A DNA stretch of 64,000 nucleotides from a virus. Location of the stretch: the IMG/VR virus record IMGVR_UViG_3300025141_000026; one strand, 5' to 3'. A program made the translations under genes and the position numbers. This document shows positions 25,278-34,788 of this stretch, in pieces (the first letter of the stretch is position 1; every line of letters begins with the position of its first letter). A model generated the notes under the pieces. That model saw nothing but the letters and a program-made list of their open reading frames with translations. It was not told where the DNA came from and ran no database searches.

Positions 25278-25537
25278 TTGAAAGTTCTCTCCTTTGATGT
25301 GGTCATGAGATCTGGAATGAATGATTTTTTCAATCTAAGTAGTCTACCAAATTTTACTCTTTTTTTGGTGTCAGTGTAAAGGGCTGTTGGTTTTTTGATT
25401 TCACCGTCGATGATCTGTGCGCCAAAGTCATAGAACTTGGATTTGGGCTTTGATTGCCCTAGCACCTCTGACTGGGCTGCAACAAAAAAGATTAAAGCTA
25501 ATATAATTGATATCATTATTCTGAGTTTATTATTCAT
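25274..25537 (-). CDS. CglF/GltF-like adventurous gliding motility protein
   Basis: Signal peptide + YDF...IDGEIKKP.......K...F..LLRLKKSFIPDL pattern recalled from Myxococcota CglF. Confidence 0.7.
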   Translation of the reverse strand: MNNKLRIMISIILALIFFVAAQSEVLGQSKPKSKFYDFGAQIIDGEIKKPTALYTDTKKRVKFGRLLRLKKSFIPDLMTTSKERTFK

Positions 25538-25544
25538 AATATGG

Positions 25545-25552
25545 TAAATAGT
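25545..25552 (-). promoter_or_regulatory. candidate late promoter ACTATTTA
   Basis: 7 nt before the ATG of the CglF-like gene. Confidence 0.5.
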
Positions 25553-25564
25553 TCTTTTTAATAC

Positions 25565-25599
25565 AAAAAGAGCGTTAAAGTATATACTCTAACGCTCTC
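25565..25599 (-). terminator. intrinsic terminator after hsp20
   Basis: GAGCGTTA/TAACGCTC stem plus T run. Confidence 0.75.
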
Positions 25600-25617
25600 A
25601 TTTTAGCTGTACTAAAA

Positions 25618-26025
25618 CTAACCGACCTCGATAGTCGTTGTCTTGGGTACAACGTCCTCTGGTTTGGGGACTGTTACTCGCAAAATTCCTTGCTTGTAAT
25701 CAGCCTTTAAACCTTCGACTGTTGCCCCATCAGGGAGAGTCCAAGTTTTGGTAAAGGGCGACGTTTCAAATTCTGTGACCGTTTTCTCGACACTCACAGA
25801 TAAAACCCCATCCGTAACTGTAATACTAAAATCCTCTTTGTCCAATCCCGGTGCGGCTACAGAGATGATATATTTGTCACTCTCATTGGACACATGAGTG
25901 TTTGTTGAGAATGTTCTTTTGATCGGGGTTGTTGCCGAAGCGAAGAGTGGATCAAAGAGGGAGTCTAAAAGACTATCTAATCTGTTTGTGGTTGGTGTTC
26001 TGTATGTTGTAAGTGAAATTGTCAT
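25618..26025 (-). CDS. Hsp20 small heat-shock protein
   Basis: APGLDKEDF, F.KTWTLP, A.YKQGILRVTVPK. Confidence 0.92.
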   Translation of the reverse strand: MTISLTTYRTPTTNRLDSLLDSLFDPLFASATTPIKRTFSTNTHVSNESDKYIISVAAPGLDKEDFSITVTDGVLSVSVEKTVTEFETSPFTKTWTLPDGATVEGLKADYKQGILRVTVPKPEDVVPKTTTIEVG

Positions 26026-26075
26026 AATGCTTATCTCCTTTGTTGTGGGCAGTTTTTATCCGCCATTGTGGAAAT

Positions 26076-26103
26076 AATATAATCATACTTTTTGGGTTGT
26101 CAA
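26076..26103 (-). promoter_or_regulatory. sigma70-like promoter
   Basis: TTGACA-N16-TATATT. Confidence 0.6.
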
Positions 26104-26107
26104 GGGC

Positions 26108-26452
26108 CTATCTTGAATATTTATCTTCTAGCCTTACAACATCATCAATCTCTGGGGTACTAACTTCTGCTAGCTTTACATCAGTGGTGGTGGCGCAAAA
26201 CCTGTGGATGGTTCGCGGCTTTACATGAAATGATTGACCGGGGGTTAGGTACTCTCGCCTGAACCCTGTCTCTTCTGGTAGACCGATCTCAAGGGCTAGC
26301 CTTCCTTCTAGGACAATAATAGTTTCTTCTTTTACCTCGTGGTACTGACGGGAGAGCATTTCCCCCGCGTTGATGTAGAGAAACTTTCCTAAATATTTAT
26401 CTGTCTCTCCCCAAATCTCTTCTTTGCCCCAAGGCTTATCAACTGTTCTCAT
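26108..26452 (-). CDS. cupin (mannose-6-phosphate-isomerase-like)
   Basis: VDKPWG, LS.QYH..K.ET, HRF, EVST, D.VRLED.Y. Confidence 0.85.
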   Translation of the reverse strand: MRTVDKPWGKEEIWGETDKYLGKFLYINAGEMLSRQYHEVKEETIIVLEGRLALEIGLPEETGFRREYLTPGQSFHVKPRTIHRFCATTTDVKLAEVSTPEIDDVVRLEDKYSR

Positions 26453-26837
26453 TTTTTTCCTCTTCTTCTTCTGGTGCTGGCTTAGTAAGGACGGAACCAT
26501 CATCGCGATAGTGAACTTGTTCTCCGTCCTCATAGGTAATGATAGACTCGTTGCCCGGATGGGGCTTGATATGTACCGTAGCAAAGTCGCTGATGCTATC
26601 GAACATAGCAATAGAGCCGCGAGGTGCTGGGTATAGCCAGTGCACGACACACTGCCCCGTGGCTAGGACAATGCCTTCGATGACTATGCCGGTCCCAGAC
26701 ACACCACTCTCATCGTTCAGGCGACAGACGGTAAATGTCCTAATACCTTGGGGAGCCAACTTTGCTGGTTTCTTTGGTTTGAGATCTACCTCGACCTCTT
26801 GTACCTCTTCCTGCTTTTGTTCTTCTGCTTGAAACAT
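26439..26837 (-). CDS. conserved-type phage protein
   Basis: R..DESGVSGTG.V.EG motif. Confidence 0.7.
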   Translation of the reverse strand: MFQAEEQKQEEVQEVEVDLKPKKPAKLAPQGIRTFTVCRLNDESGVSGTGIVIEGIVLATGQCVVHWLYPAPRGSIAMFDSISDFATVHIKPHPGNESIITYEDGEQVHYRDDGSVLTKPAPEEEEEKNENS

Positions 26838-26838
26838 T

Positions 26839-27753
26839 TTATTTTCCTCTTATAGTGGGATAGCGCAGTCCGACCTTTTTTGGGCTGTTCCGAGCAAATA
26901 GTTCTTTTAACTTCTTCGTCTCTTTCTTGGATCTGCCCAAAATATAAACGTATTTATGTTTTGGTGGTACTTTTCTGGATTTGCAGCTTTGTCTATAAAT
27001 TTCCTCTTGCTTTTTAACAGCGATCTTTACATCCGGGGGAATTACTTCCCAGTCAGGCGAATATTTCTTCATCCAACTTTTCCATTGGTCTTTATTTATA
27101 CCAATTTTCTCTGCGTATTTATAGTAATTAGATTTTTTTCTGAACTCTCGCCCACTAAACCACCCTTTCTTTGGATTTTTTGGGTCAAAATATTGCTTGT
27201 CGGTGCCGCTCGTTTGTCCTAAGTACATAAAATTACAGGCTTGATAAATAGTTCCCAGTTCCTTGGCTTCGGGATCAGAATATGCGGTAAAATAACGAAA
27301 ATCTGTATTCTTTACCATCCATTTTATGGATTGTGTGATCAGCCACGATCCGAGGTTCTTTGGACCCCAAGAGATGCAAGCACCGCGAGAGATTAGCTTC
27401 TCCTTGTCTTTGTTCTCTTTGCCCAAAAGGTTAGAAAACGCATTTGGGGTTGCCATAATAATAGTACCTGCCAAGGTTCCATTCTTTTTTAGCCTCGCTG
27501 TAAACCTATGTGTCGGTCGGTTAGGGAGTTTTGCCAGCCACTCGTGTCGCTCGATAAATTCTTTCACCTCTTTACATAGTTCTTTGTCATCCTTTGAGAC
27601 ATATTCAAACTCAAAGTCATCAATTCGTAACCTAGCTGCACCAGTCTCAGTCAAATTCGCCATCATGAGATCTCTCTCGCGATTCACGTCTGCGACATGA
27701 GCTTGCCAGCACTTATTGCCTTTATAGTCTTTAAATCTCTCGTGCGCGTTCAT
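26839..27753 (-). CDS. Mom-like adenine-modification acetyltransferase (GNAT)
   Basis: FIERHEW, LISR, AYSDP...GTIYQACNF.YLG, KHKYVY. Confidence 0.8.
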   Translation of the reverse strand: MNAHERFKDYKGNKCWQAHVADVNRERDLMMANLTETGAARLRIDDFEFEYVSKDDKELCKEVKEFIERHEWLAKLPNRPTHRFTARLKKNGTLAGTIIMATPNAFSNLLGKENKDKEKLISRGACISWGPKNLGSWLITQSIKWMVKNTDFRYFTAYSDPEAKELGTIYQACNFMYLGQTSGTDKQYFDPKNPKKGWFSGREFRKKSNYYKYAEKIGINKDQWKSWMKKYSPDWEVIPPDVKIAVKKQEEIYRQSCKSRKVPPKHKYVYILGRSKKETKKLKELFARNSPKKVGLRYPTIRGK

Positions 27754-28121
27754 TAGTGTACCGTAAAATTTATATTGTAGTGTGATAGTTCCAGTTTCAC
27801 GGCATCGGACGCTGAAACGACCATTTGTAAAGCCTTTGCCTCTATTTGATCTATGATGTAGCCAAAACTCCCTTCTTTTTCGTTGAACTTCTTTTCTTTC
27901 TTTAGCTCAATCGACGTGACAGCTTCATATATTGCTCGATTACACATAAAAAATTCACACAACTTTACAAACAATACTGCGTCTGTCTCTGGTATTCCTG
28001 TTTCGTAATTCTTCATTAGAAACGAGGAGAGCTTTTCATTTAGAAGAGATTCATAAATAAGACTCTCTGCCCTCTTTTCTCCGAAAAGAAACATTTGTGT
28101 TTTTTTTGGCTTCTCGCTCAA
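27753..28121 (-). CDS. hypothetical protein
   Basis: In-operon ORF. Confidence 0.6.
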   Translation of the reverse strand: MSEKPKKTQMFLFGEKRAESLIYESLLNEKLSSFLMKNYETGIPETDAVLFVKLCEFFMCNRAIYEAVTSIELKKEKKFNEKEGSFGYIIDQIEAKALQMVVSASDAVKLELSHYNINFTVH

Positions 28122-28585
28122 CGTCTTGCACCCTCACCCCAAAAAAACTTACTCTTTTGCTTGTCTGTAACTAACAAGACCTGTGCGGAGTCCTCTCTTA
28201 TCTTACAAACTTTATGAAGCTTCAGCTTGCCATATAGAGGTTTTGTTTGCTTTTTGGCATACTTCTTGCGCGGAGGTGCTAAATTCAAATAGTTGATACA
28301 CCCCTGCAAAATCTGCTCTCGGGTGTAGCCTTGACTTTCGTAAAGATGGAAATCCACCTTGATGTCTGTCACGACAACCCAATTCTTTATCCAAAGTTGT
28401 GGCACTCCGGGGAAAAAAGAACCATGATAGGTTCCTAGTTTCTTTTCAGAGTTCTCAAGCGTCCGTTGATTCCACTGTGCCCGTGCTATCAGTTGACACT
28501 GTATGGGCTGTTGCATCGTGTTGCTTTTGGACGACGTTGCTTTCTTCTCCAATTTCTCCTGTGCTTTCCTGAACCTTTTCAGCAT
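28118..28585 (-). CDS. hypothetical basic protein
   Basis: In-operon ORF; start uncertain. Confidence 0.55.
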   Translation of the reverse strand: MLKRFRKAQEKLEKKATSSKSNTMQQPIQCQLIARAQWNQRTLENSEKKLGTYHGSFFPGVPQLWIKNWVVVTDIKVDFHLYESQGYTREQILQGCINYLNLAPPRKKYAKKQTKPLYGKLKLHKVCKIREDSAQVLLVTDKQKSKFFWGEGARR

Positions 28586-28823
28586 TGGCGAAACTCTCCT
28601 TTAGTTGTTGGCAACCACCAACAAGGTTATATTTTTCTCCCTCGGTAACTTCAAAAATAATTGGCACCGTTTGGTGCTCTAGTTGAGCCTTCAATCGACC
28701 CAAAACAGAGGGCGCTTTATCCATTGAAGTAACAACGTGTTCTATTTTTCTACTTTTTAATAGCTCTTTAGCTTCCTTACAGTAAGGGCATCTACTTTTT
28801 ACAAAAAGATGATAATAACTCAT
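28455..28823 (-). CDS. glutaredoxin
   Basis: CPYC, TVPII, VGG. Confidence 0.88.
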   Translation of the reverse strand: MSYYHLFVKSRCPYCKEAKELLKSRKIEHVVTSMDKAPSVLGRLKAQLEHQTVPIIFEVTEGEKYNLVGGCQQLKESFANAEKVQESTGEIGEESNVVQKQHDATAHTVSTDSTGTVESTDA

Positions 28824-28824
28824 T

Positions 28825-29121
28825 TTATCCTCTCAAAATTTGTTTCTCTATGCGACCGAGCTTGTCTTCGATTGTCGAAGGAGAGCCGACAACAATAATA
28901 TCTAAACCAAGCTGTCCTCGACTCATGTGCACTCTGGTGAACTCCTGTCTAGTGTCTAGCCCCTCTGGTAGTGACCCTTCTTGCAAGAGTTTACCATAAT
29001 TTGGCTCTGAACGCAAGCAAACAACGTGATCTGGGTTTACAAAAACCTCTCTCACTGCATATTTCTTAGATTCTTGCGTATACTTCTTATTCTCAAAAAC
29101 TTCTACTAATTTAACAATCAT
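28825..29121 (-). CDS. FlbD-like small beta protein
   Basis: MI.KL...VFVNPDHV....E pattern. Confidence 0.45.
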   Translation of the reverse strand: MIVKLVEVFENKKYTQESKKYAVREVFVNPDHVVCLRSEPNYGKLLQEGSLPEGLDTRQEFTRVHMSRGQLGLDIIVVGSPSTIEDKLGRIEKQILRG

Positions 29122-29130
29122 AAGCTACTC

Positions 29131-29325
29131 CTATTTATACAAACAATGTTTTGGCACCGACCATTTTTCTCCTCGGTACAGTATTTCATAATAAATCTCA
29201 TCAACCTCCCGAATGATGAGCACATACTGTGGTTGTTTTGGCTTACAGAATTCCTTTACATCCCGACCATCAAAAGACAGTAGTGTCGTACCTGTAGGCA
29301 ACCAAGCCAGATTACCCGGATTCAT
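29131..29325 (-). CDS. SH3-like miniprotein
   Basis: MNPGNLAW. Confidence 0.6.
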   Translation of the reverse strand: MNPGNLAWLPTGTTLLSFDGRDVKEFCKPKQPQYVLIIREVDEIYYEILYRGEKWSVPKHCLYK

Positions 29326-29626
29326 TCTCATCCTCCTCGGGTGGGACTTCATCATCAGCCGTCATGACATCTAGCCTTGCTTTTTCGTAATTAGCTAACA
29401 AATTGACATAATCTGCTAATTGCATATCGTATTTCATTAGCGATTGACGGAAGGTTTGTAATTTACTTATCATCTCTAGCTTGTTTTCACTGGTGTCCAT
29501 ATCACTCGCGTGTACTTGGATAGCTACGGCTCTGGAGGTTAGCTCGTTGATGGTATCATCAAGGAGACCTTGTACCTTGGTGGGAAGTTCATCGAAATCA
29601 ATTGTATAGCTTATTTTTACTTTCAT
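29312..29626 (-). CDS. hypothetical coiled-coil protein
   Basis: MKVKISYTIDFDELP; downstream of a sigma70 promoter. Confidence 0.65.
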   Translation of the reverse strand: MKVKISYTIDFDELPTKVQGLLDDTINELTSRAVAIQVHASDMDTSENKLEMISKLQTFRQSLMKYDMQLADYVNLLANYEKARLDVMTADDEVPPEEDENESG

Positions 29627-29633
29627 AGTAAGA

Positions 29634-29662
29634 ATACTAATATATTATTTGTTTTTTGTCAA
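29634..29662 (-). promoter_or_regulatory. sigma70-like promoter
   Basis: TTGACA-N17-TAGTAT. Confidence 0.6.
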
Positions 29663-29666
29663 GTGT

Positions 29667-30023
29667 TTATAGAACAAAATATTTAACAAGCAGTGCAGTC
29701 AACGTTGTTACTACACTACCTACGACGAGCCATTGGATTCTTTTGATGGCTCCCACGGTTGTCTCTACCTGAGCCAATCTGAGTTCGCCACTCTTTATTG
29801 TGTGATATGAGATTCTTTCCTCGAAGGTGTTTAGAAAGTTCTCTCTCCACAATTCCAATTCTCTAATGCGAGTAAACAACCCTTGGTCTGGATGATAAAT
29901 TGCTTCTTTAATCTTTGCAATGTTGTCTGCGACCTCTTCTTGCCGTTGCAAAAGTGTCTCTAGTTTATTGCTTAAATCAGCCATAGCTAATGCTAGCTTT
30001 GTATCATTATCCTGTGATGCCAT
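29667..30023 (-). CDS. coiled-coil protein with C-terminal TM (holin/XhlA-like)
   Basis: GLFTRIRELE coiled coil, single C-terminal TM. Confidence 0.55.
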   Translation of the reverse strand: MASQDNDTKLALAMADLSNKLETLLQRQEEVADNIAKIKEAIYHPDQGLFTRIRELELWRENFLNTFEERISYHTIKSGELRLAQVETTVGAIKRIQWLVVGSVVTTLTALLVKYFVL

Positions 30024-30050
30024 TGTTGTTTCCTCTACGATGCGGTACAG

Positions 30051-30058
30051 TAAATAGT
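30051..30058 (-). promoter_or_regulatory. candidate late promoter ACTATTTA
   Basis: Intergenic, upstream of RBS. Confidence 0.5.
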
Positions 30059-30068
30059 TTTATTTTTC

Positions 30069-31643
30069 CTATTCAGTTTGCACAATAGCAAAATTAGCCA
30101 AAATAAGTGAAGAGGAGACTGAAGCTGCATTTTGCAGTGCTACTCGGGTTACTTTTGCAGGATCAATGATTCCAGTATCATACAAGTCACAAACCTCATT
30201 ATTGGAAAAATTGTAGCCGCAATTTTCTTGGGAGGCCTCAATTTCAGATAATATTAGATCTGGGGATAATCCGGCATTCTTTGCCATTTGTCTCGCTGGC
30301 TCCTGCACAGCCTTCTTTACAATCTCAAATCCAAATAGCTGGTCTTGATTGAGCCCCTCTGGTGCCTCTAGGTTCTTAGCGATCTTTACCAAGGCACTCC
30401 CACCTCCGGGGACAACACCCTCTTCCTGTGCTGACTTGACCGCCTCAAGAGCATCCTCCAGCCGGTGCTTCTTCTCGATCATCTCGACCTCTGTATGAGC
30501 GCCGACATGGATGATCGCGACCCCAGAAGCAAGGCGAGTAATCCTCTCCTGAATCTGTTCGCACTCTTGGATAGACTCTGTGTCCTGCATCTCCGTCTTG
30601 AGATCTTCGATACGCTTCTCTACTTCATCGTAATCAGCTTCGCCATCGACGATGGTGGTAGAACGCTTTGTAACCTCAATGGTCTTTGCTTTGCCAAAAT
30701 CCGAGAGTGTAATATCTCTAAGTGTCTTACCAGATTCGCGTGACATAAACGTGCCGCCCACAGATAGGGCTAGATCCTTTAATATATTTCGCCTCTCCTC
30801 TCCATAACGAGGTGCCTTGACTGCTGCTATTTTCATTGTGCCTCGTGCCGCATTCATAATCAAAGCAGCAAGAGCTTGCCCTTCAATGTCCTCGGCTACA
30901 ATTAGTAGAGGGCGTCCCTCACGGGCAACCAGTTCAAGGGCTGGGAGGATGTCATCAACAGCATCAATCTTGGCGTCCGTTACCAGCACAAGCAGGTCTT
31001 CATACTTGATTAGCTTGCGGCGTTCATCTGTGACAAACTGCGGCGACAGGTACCCCGAGCCGAATCGGAATCCCTCAACAACTGTAAGCCCACTCTCAAC
31101 AGAGCGAGCCTCTTCGATTGTAATCGAACCGTTCTTTCCAACCTTGTCAACGGCAGTTGCAATCATCTCTCCGATAACTGTATCGCCGTTGGCTGAGATG
31201 GTAGCAATGTGAGCCACATCCTTCTCCGATGTGATTGGTCGTGAGATATCTGCGATGGCTGTGACAACTTCTTGTACTGCCTTATCAATCCCTCGTTTCA
31301 ATTCAACGGGAGATGACCCAGCGGTAATATATTTTTGTGAATGTTTTAAGATTGCTCGGGAAAGAACCGTTGCAGTAGTTGTGCCATCACCAGCAACATT
31401 GTTTGTCTGCTCAGATGCTTGCCGAATAATTTGAGCACCTGCATTCTCGAAGTGGTCTTCGAGTTCAACAAACTTTGCGACGGTCACTCCGTCCTTTGTG
31501 ATGAATGGGTTTGCACCCTTTTGATGTATAATAACATTGCGTCCTTTTGGACCCATTGTGGAAGCCACGTTGTCAGCTAGAACGTCAATCCCGGTGAGGA
31601 TTTTCTGCTGCAAAGAGCTTTTGCAATCATATTTTCTGGACAT
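30069..31643 (-). CDS. groEL: chaperonin GroEL
   Basis: TMGPKGRNV, ITKDGVTVA, AGDGTTTATVL, GVVPGGG. Confidence 0.97.
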   Translation of the reverse strand: MSRKYDCKSSLQQKILTGIDVLADNVASTMGPKGRNVIIHQKGANPFITKDGVTVAKFVELEDHFENAGAQIIRQASEQTNNVAGDGTTTATVLSRAILKHSQKYITAGSSPVELKRGIDKAVQEVVTAIADISRPITSEKDVAHIATISANGDTVIGEMIATAVDKVGKNGSITIEEARSVESGLTVVEGFRFGSGYLSPQFVTDERRKLIKYEDLLVLVTDAKIDAVDDILPALELVAREGRPLLIVAEDIEGQALAALIMNAARGTMKIAAVKAPRYGEERRNILKDLALSVGGTFMSRESGKTLRDITLSDFGKAKTIEVTKRSTTIVDGEADYDEVEKRIEDLKTEMQDTESIQECEQIQERITRLASGVAIIHVGAHTEVEMIEKKHRLEDALEAVKSAQEEGVVPGGGSALVKIAKNLEAPEGLNQDQLFGFEIVKKAVQEPARQMAKNAGLSPDLILSEIEASQENCGYNFSNNEVCDLYDTGIIDPAKVTRVALQNAASVSSSLILANFAIVQTE

Positions 31644-31673
31644 TTATACCTCTCTGTGTAATCTGGTGTGAAT

Positions 31674-31702
31674 AATATAGTCTATTGTGGTGGGTTTGTC
31701 AA
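31674..31702 (-). promoter_or_regulatory. sigma70-like promoter of groEL
   Basis: TTGACA-N17-TATATT. Confidence 0.7.
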
Positions 31703-33165
31703 GTGCTTTCTTCTTGTTCTTTTTCAAATCTATAAAAAGTATCGAAGCCCAACTCTTTCTCAATGTAGAACCTGAAGCCTTTGGCATCTCTTCTTGGTCG
31801 CATGGAGAATAGTGGAAGTGAAACATCTCCTCTCTCGACATAGGTAATCAATTTTGGTATGTCCCCAGATCTATGGTCTAGCCTGACTGTGAAGTCGTCT
31901 GCTATCTGCCTTGTGAAATCAAAAATTTTGAAGTCTCCACTAGTAAGCTGGATGAGGGAGACCTCTGCTCCAGCCGCATACTGTGGTATCTTTGTGCTTA
32001 CTCTTTTCAGATAAGATATTTCCTCGCTGTCTTTTTTTGGTTGCTCTTTCGCTGCGACATCTCTAAACAGGTCGTCAAAGAAGCCACCGACGCCAAACAG
32101 TTTCTCTCTATCAGATTGATCAAAATAATTCTTCATAGGTTCGCTAATCTTGTAACCGTAGAGATCGTCAAGGATGTCCCCTATCTTCTTTATATCCTTC
32201 CCTGTTTGGTGAAGCTGCTTTGTTGATTTGGTTTTTAGAGAAATGTTCCCTGATTGAAGATTTACTTTGTCACCTTTTTTATCAACAGTGTTGACAAAGA
32301 TATCTGCCTTTGTTCCTTTTTGATCTGATACACCATCAGCGATAATGTTTATTGTATGCCCCTTTTCGTTCAGAGCAGTGCTTATGAATGATTGATAGTA
32401 ATCGCTATTTGCAAACTTTAATGCAGCCTTGATCGTATCTGGGGCGAGCACCCATCTGTCCGTACTGTCCAAGTCTACAAAAGTGACAGTATCTAGACCA
32501 AGAGTGAGATTTAATTTATCATCACCGATTGGCTGATTGGTTATTTTTCTAATTTGTCTTTTTTTAGTTGGGTCTAGCTTGAACCCTTTAGCCATTTTTT
32601 CCGCATATGCTTTTATATCTTCAAGGGTAATAGCTTCTTTTCCACCATCTTGGGAGTTCTCAAGTTTTGCTGCGAGGGCATATGCCAACACACCTTCGGC
32701 AAAATTTCCAATATTAGAAATGGTTTGTGCGTTTGATCCTCTCTTGAGGACTAGCTTAAACAGCTTCGGTTCTCCGCTTGGGTTCCAGATCACATCTGCT
32801 TGCAAACCTGTACCACTAGAAGCCTGCTCGATGTCCGATAGAACTTCAAAGTCGGAGTGATTGCCAATTTTTGCAAAAACTCTTCGACGATTGCCCCTCT
32901 GCCCTGTATTCGTTATAACTATTTTCGTTGAAGTTCTGCCATCCTTCACCAAAGCTGCTGTTGCCTCTATGGGATATGGACCAAATTCGTCACCCTCATC
33001 GGTTTCCTTTTTCAATATGGAAAGAATTTGATCAACTAATTTTTCTGGTAGTTTTTCTCTTGCCTCGCCCATCAAGTCCTCAACCATCTCGACGAGCATG
33101 TCCATGGCAAGTGCCTCTTTCTTATCAAAGTGATTTTCTATCAAAAGATCCCAGTTAGTTTCCAT
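31699..33165 (-). CDS. probable virion protein with PD-(D/E)xK-like motif
   Basis: KADIFV...NISLK; N-terminal LLIE leader. Confidence 0.55.
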   Translation of the reverse strand: METNWDLLIENHFDKKEALAMDMLVEMVEDLMGEAREKLPEKLVDQILSILKKETDEGDEFGPYPIEATAALVKDGRTSTKIVITNTGQRGNRRRVFAKIGNHSDFEVLSDIEQASSGTGLQADVIWNPSGEPKLFKLVLKRGSNAQTISNIGNFAEGVLAYALAAKLENSQDGGKEAITLEDIKAYAEKMAKGFKLDPTKKRQIRKITNQPIGDDKLNLTLGLDTVTFVDLDSTDRWVLAPDTIKAALKFANSDYYQSFISTALNEKGHTINIIADGVSDQKGTKADIFVNTVDKKGDKVNLQSGNISLKTKSTKQLHQTGKDIKKIGDILDDLYGYKISEPMKNYFDQSDREKLFGVGGFFDDLFRDVAAKEQPKKDSEEISYLKRVSTKIPQYAAGAEVSLIQLTSGDFKIFDFTRQIADDFTVRLDHRSGDIPKLITYVERGDVSLPLFSMRPRRDAKGFRFYIEKELGFDTFYRFEKEQEEST

Positions 33166-34060
33166 CTTCGATTTCCCTCAGTAGTTTGTTTATGTCAAGA
33201 CCTGCACAGTCAATCTTTCTGTTGGTCAGGTGGTAGTGGCTTACAACTCCTTTGAAGTTGCCTTGCGCTGCGGATATCTCTACTTCCCTTTTTGTGTTGC
33301 CGTCGTCATCAAGTGGGCATCTTGCCTCAATGTCGTAATGACCTAGCAGACACTTTAGAAGAGCCTTGTACGCATCCAACTGCACATCATAATATCCTAA
33401 ATGATCTCCAAGTTTAACCCCATGAACCACAGAGTCCGTAACGACCGGTCTCATTCCAAACCCGCGCTTCCTATAGTAGCTTTGGTATTTCATATAATAA
33501 GCATTGCTAAAATCAATGCCAATTGACGTGTTGTTGACTCGGGTGTTACCAGCATGCCAACCAATGTGTTGCGGATCGACAAGTTGGTAAATAGTACCAT
33601 CGTTATCAATAGCAAAGTGGCTGGAAATATTTCTCTTTTTTAGAATCTTATAGCATGAGTGTGCTGAAAGGGCGGCATCCCAGTGGGTGACAACCATGGT
33701 GGGATATCTTCTTCTCTTTGTGACTGAGCGGAAGCAGCTTGTTGGTAGTGCAAGATTGCCCGGTTCCTTTAGGTTGACAACTTTGTCCCACTCGATTGCG
33801 ACAGGCGTGTCATTTATAATAATAGAGTTACCATCAATGGCTTCGCCACTGATCTCATAAGAAGCTTCCCTCTCTGTACAAACTCTAACATAAGTCATCG
33901 GTCCACAAAGCCCATCCGGATTTAGATTATTTTCCCTTTGGAATTGTTTGATATTATTTATCAAAATATCATTGAAGCCTCTGGCTCCAAACCAAGACGG
34001 ATCCCAGCCCAACTTTGCGGCGCTGGCTTGGTTATAAAATATCTTGTCGCTAATCGCCAT
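33155..34060 (-). CDS. N-acetylmuramoyl-L-alanine amidase with peptidoglycan-binding domain (endolysin)
   Basis: FQ..NL.PDG.CGP.T; SSHFAID.DG.IYQ, WHAG, SIGI, SHY. Confidence 0.9.
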   Translation of the reverse strand: MAISDKIFYNQASAAKLGWDPSWFGARGFNDILINNIKQFQRENNLNPDGLCGPMTYVRVCTEREASYEISGEAIDGNSIIINDTPVAIEWDKVVNLKEPGNLALPTSCFRSVTKRRRYPTMVVTHWDAALSAHSCYKILKKRNISSHFAIDNDGTIYQLVDPQHIGWHAGNTRVNNTSIGIDFSNAYYMKYQSYYRKRGFGMRPVVTDSVVHGVKLGDHLGYYDVQLDAYKALLKCLLGHYDIEARCPLDDDGNTKREVEISAAQGNFKGVVSHYHLTNRKIDCAGLDINKLLREIEDGN

Positions 34061-34761
34061 TAAAAAACCTCATCAGCAATTCCGAATTCAACCGATTCTT
34101 CTGCTGTTAAGTAGACATTTACTTTTCTACTAATTAGTTTTTTTATGTGTTTTTCAGTCATGTCAGTCTCGGCAGCGAGTAGCTTTATATACTGTTGCTG
34201 AATCCATTGCACTTCTTCAAGTTCGTTTTCTAAGCTGTGGATGGAGCCAGCATATCCAGAGGCAACGCCATGAATCATAACGCGGCAGTTCTTGCCAATT
34301 TTTCTGTATCCTTTTGAACCACATGCTAAAACCAATACCCCGGCAGACATTACTTTGCCCAAGCCGACAGTGCAAACAGGAGCCTTCTCCTTTATCATTC
34401 TTATGGTGTCGTAAATAGAAAACATCTCTAGTGCAGAGCCGCCGTTGGTGCTAACAAGAAGCTCGAAGGCATCCTTCTCATACTCACCGGTGAAGCCGCT
34501 TTCTAAAATTCTCATTGCGTGTACAACATCTCTAGCATTTTCTTCATCGATGTCGCCATATAAGCTGACTACTTTTGGACCAGACTTTTCTTGTTGTTGT
34601 GCTAAAAGCAGTATTTCTTCTATCTCTTTAGAGAGTTCTTCATCTGTTTTTTCTTCAGCAGCCTTTTCTTCAGCAGCCTTTTCTTCAGCAGCCTTTTCTT
34701 GTTCTGCTTTAGTTGGCTTTTTAGTTTTCCTCTTTTTCTTTTTACCTTCTTCTAAAATCAT
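34060..34761 (-). CDS. ClpP-like protease
   Basis: STNGGS, GKVMSAG, MIHG, YLTAEES.EFGIAD; start moved to ATG at 34761. Confidence 0.85.
   Translation of the reverse strand: MILEEGKKKKRKTKKPTKAEQEKAAEEKAAEEKAAEEKTDEELSKEIEEILLLAQQQEKSGPKVVSLYGDIDEENARDVVHAMRILESGFTGEYEKDAFELLVSTNGGSALEMFSIYDTIRMIKEKAPVCTVGLGKVMSAGVLVLACGSKGYRKIGKNCRVMIHGVASGYAGSIHSLENELEEVQWIQQQYIKLLAAETDMTEKHIKKLISRKVNVYLTAEESVEFGIADEVF
34649..34700. repeat. 15-bp tandem repeat, 3.5 copies (AAEEK)
   Basis: TTTTCTTCAGCAGCC repeated in the ClpP N-terminal extension. Confidence 0.9.
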
Positions 34762-34780
34762 AGCTCCCCCTAATAATATA

Positions 34781-34788
34781 TAAGTAGC
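34781..34788 (-). promoter_or_regulatory. candidate late promoter GCTACTTA
   Basis: ~20 nt upstream of the ClpP start. Confidence 0.4.
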
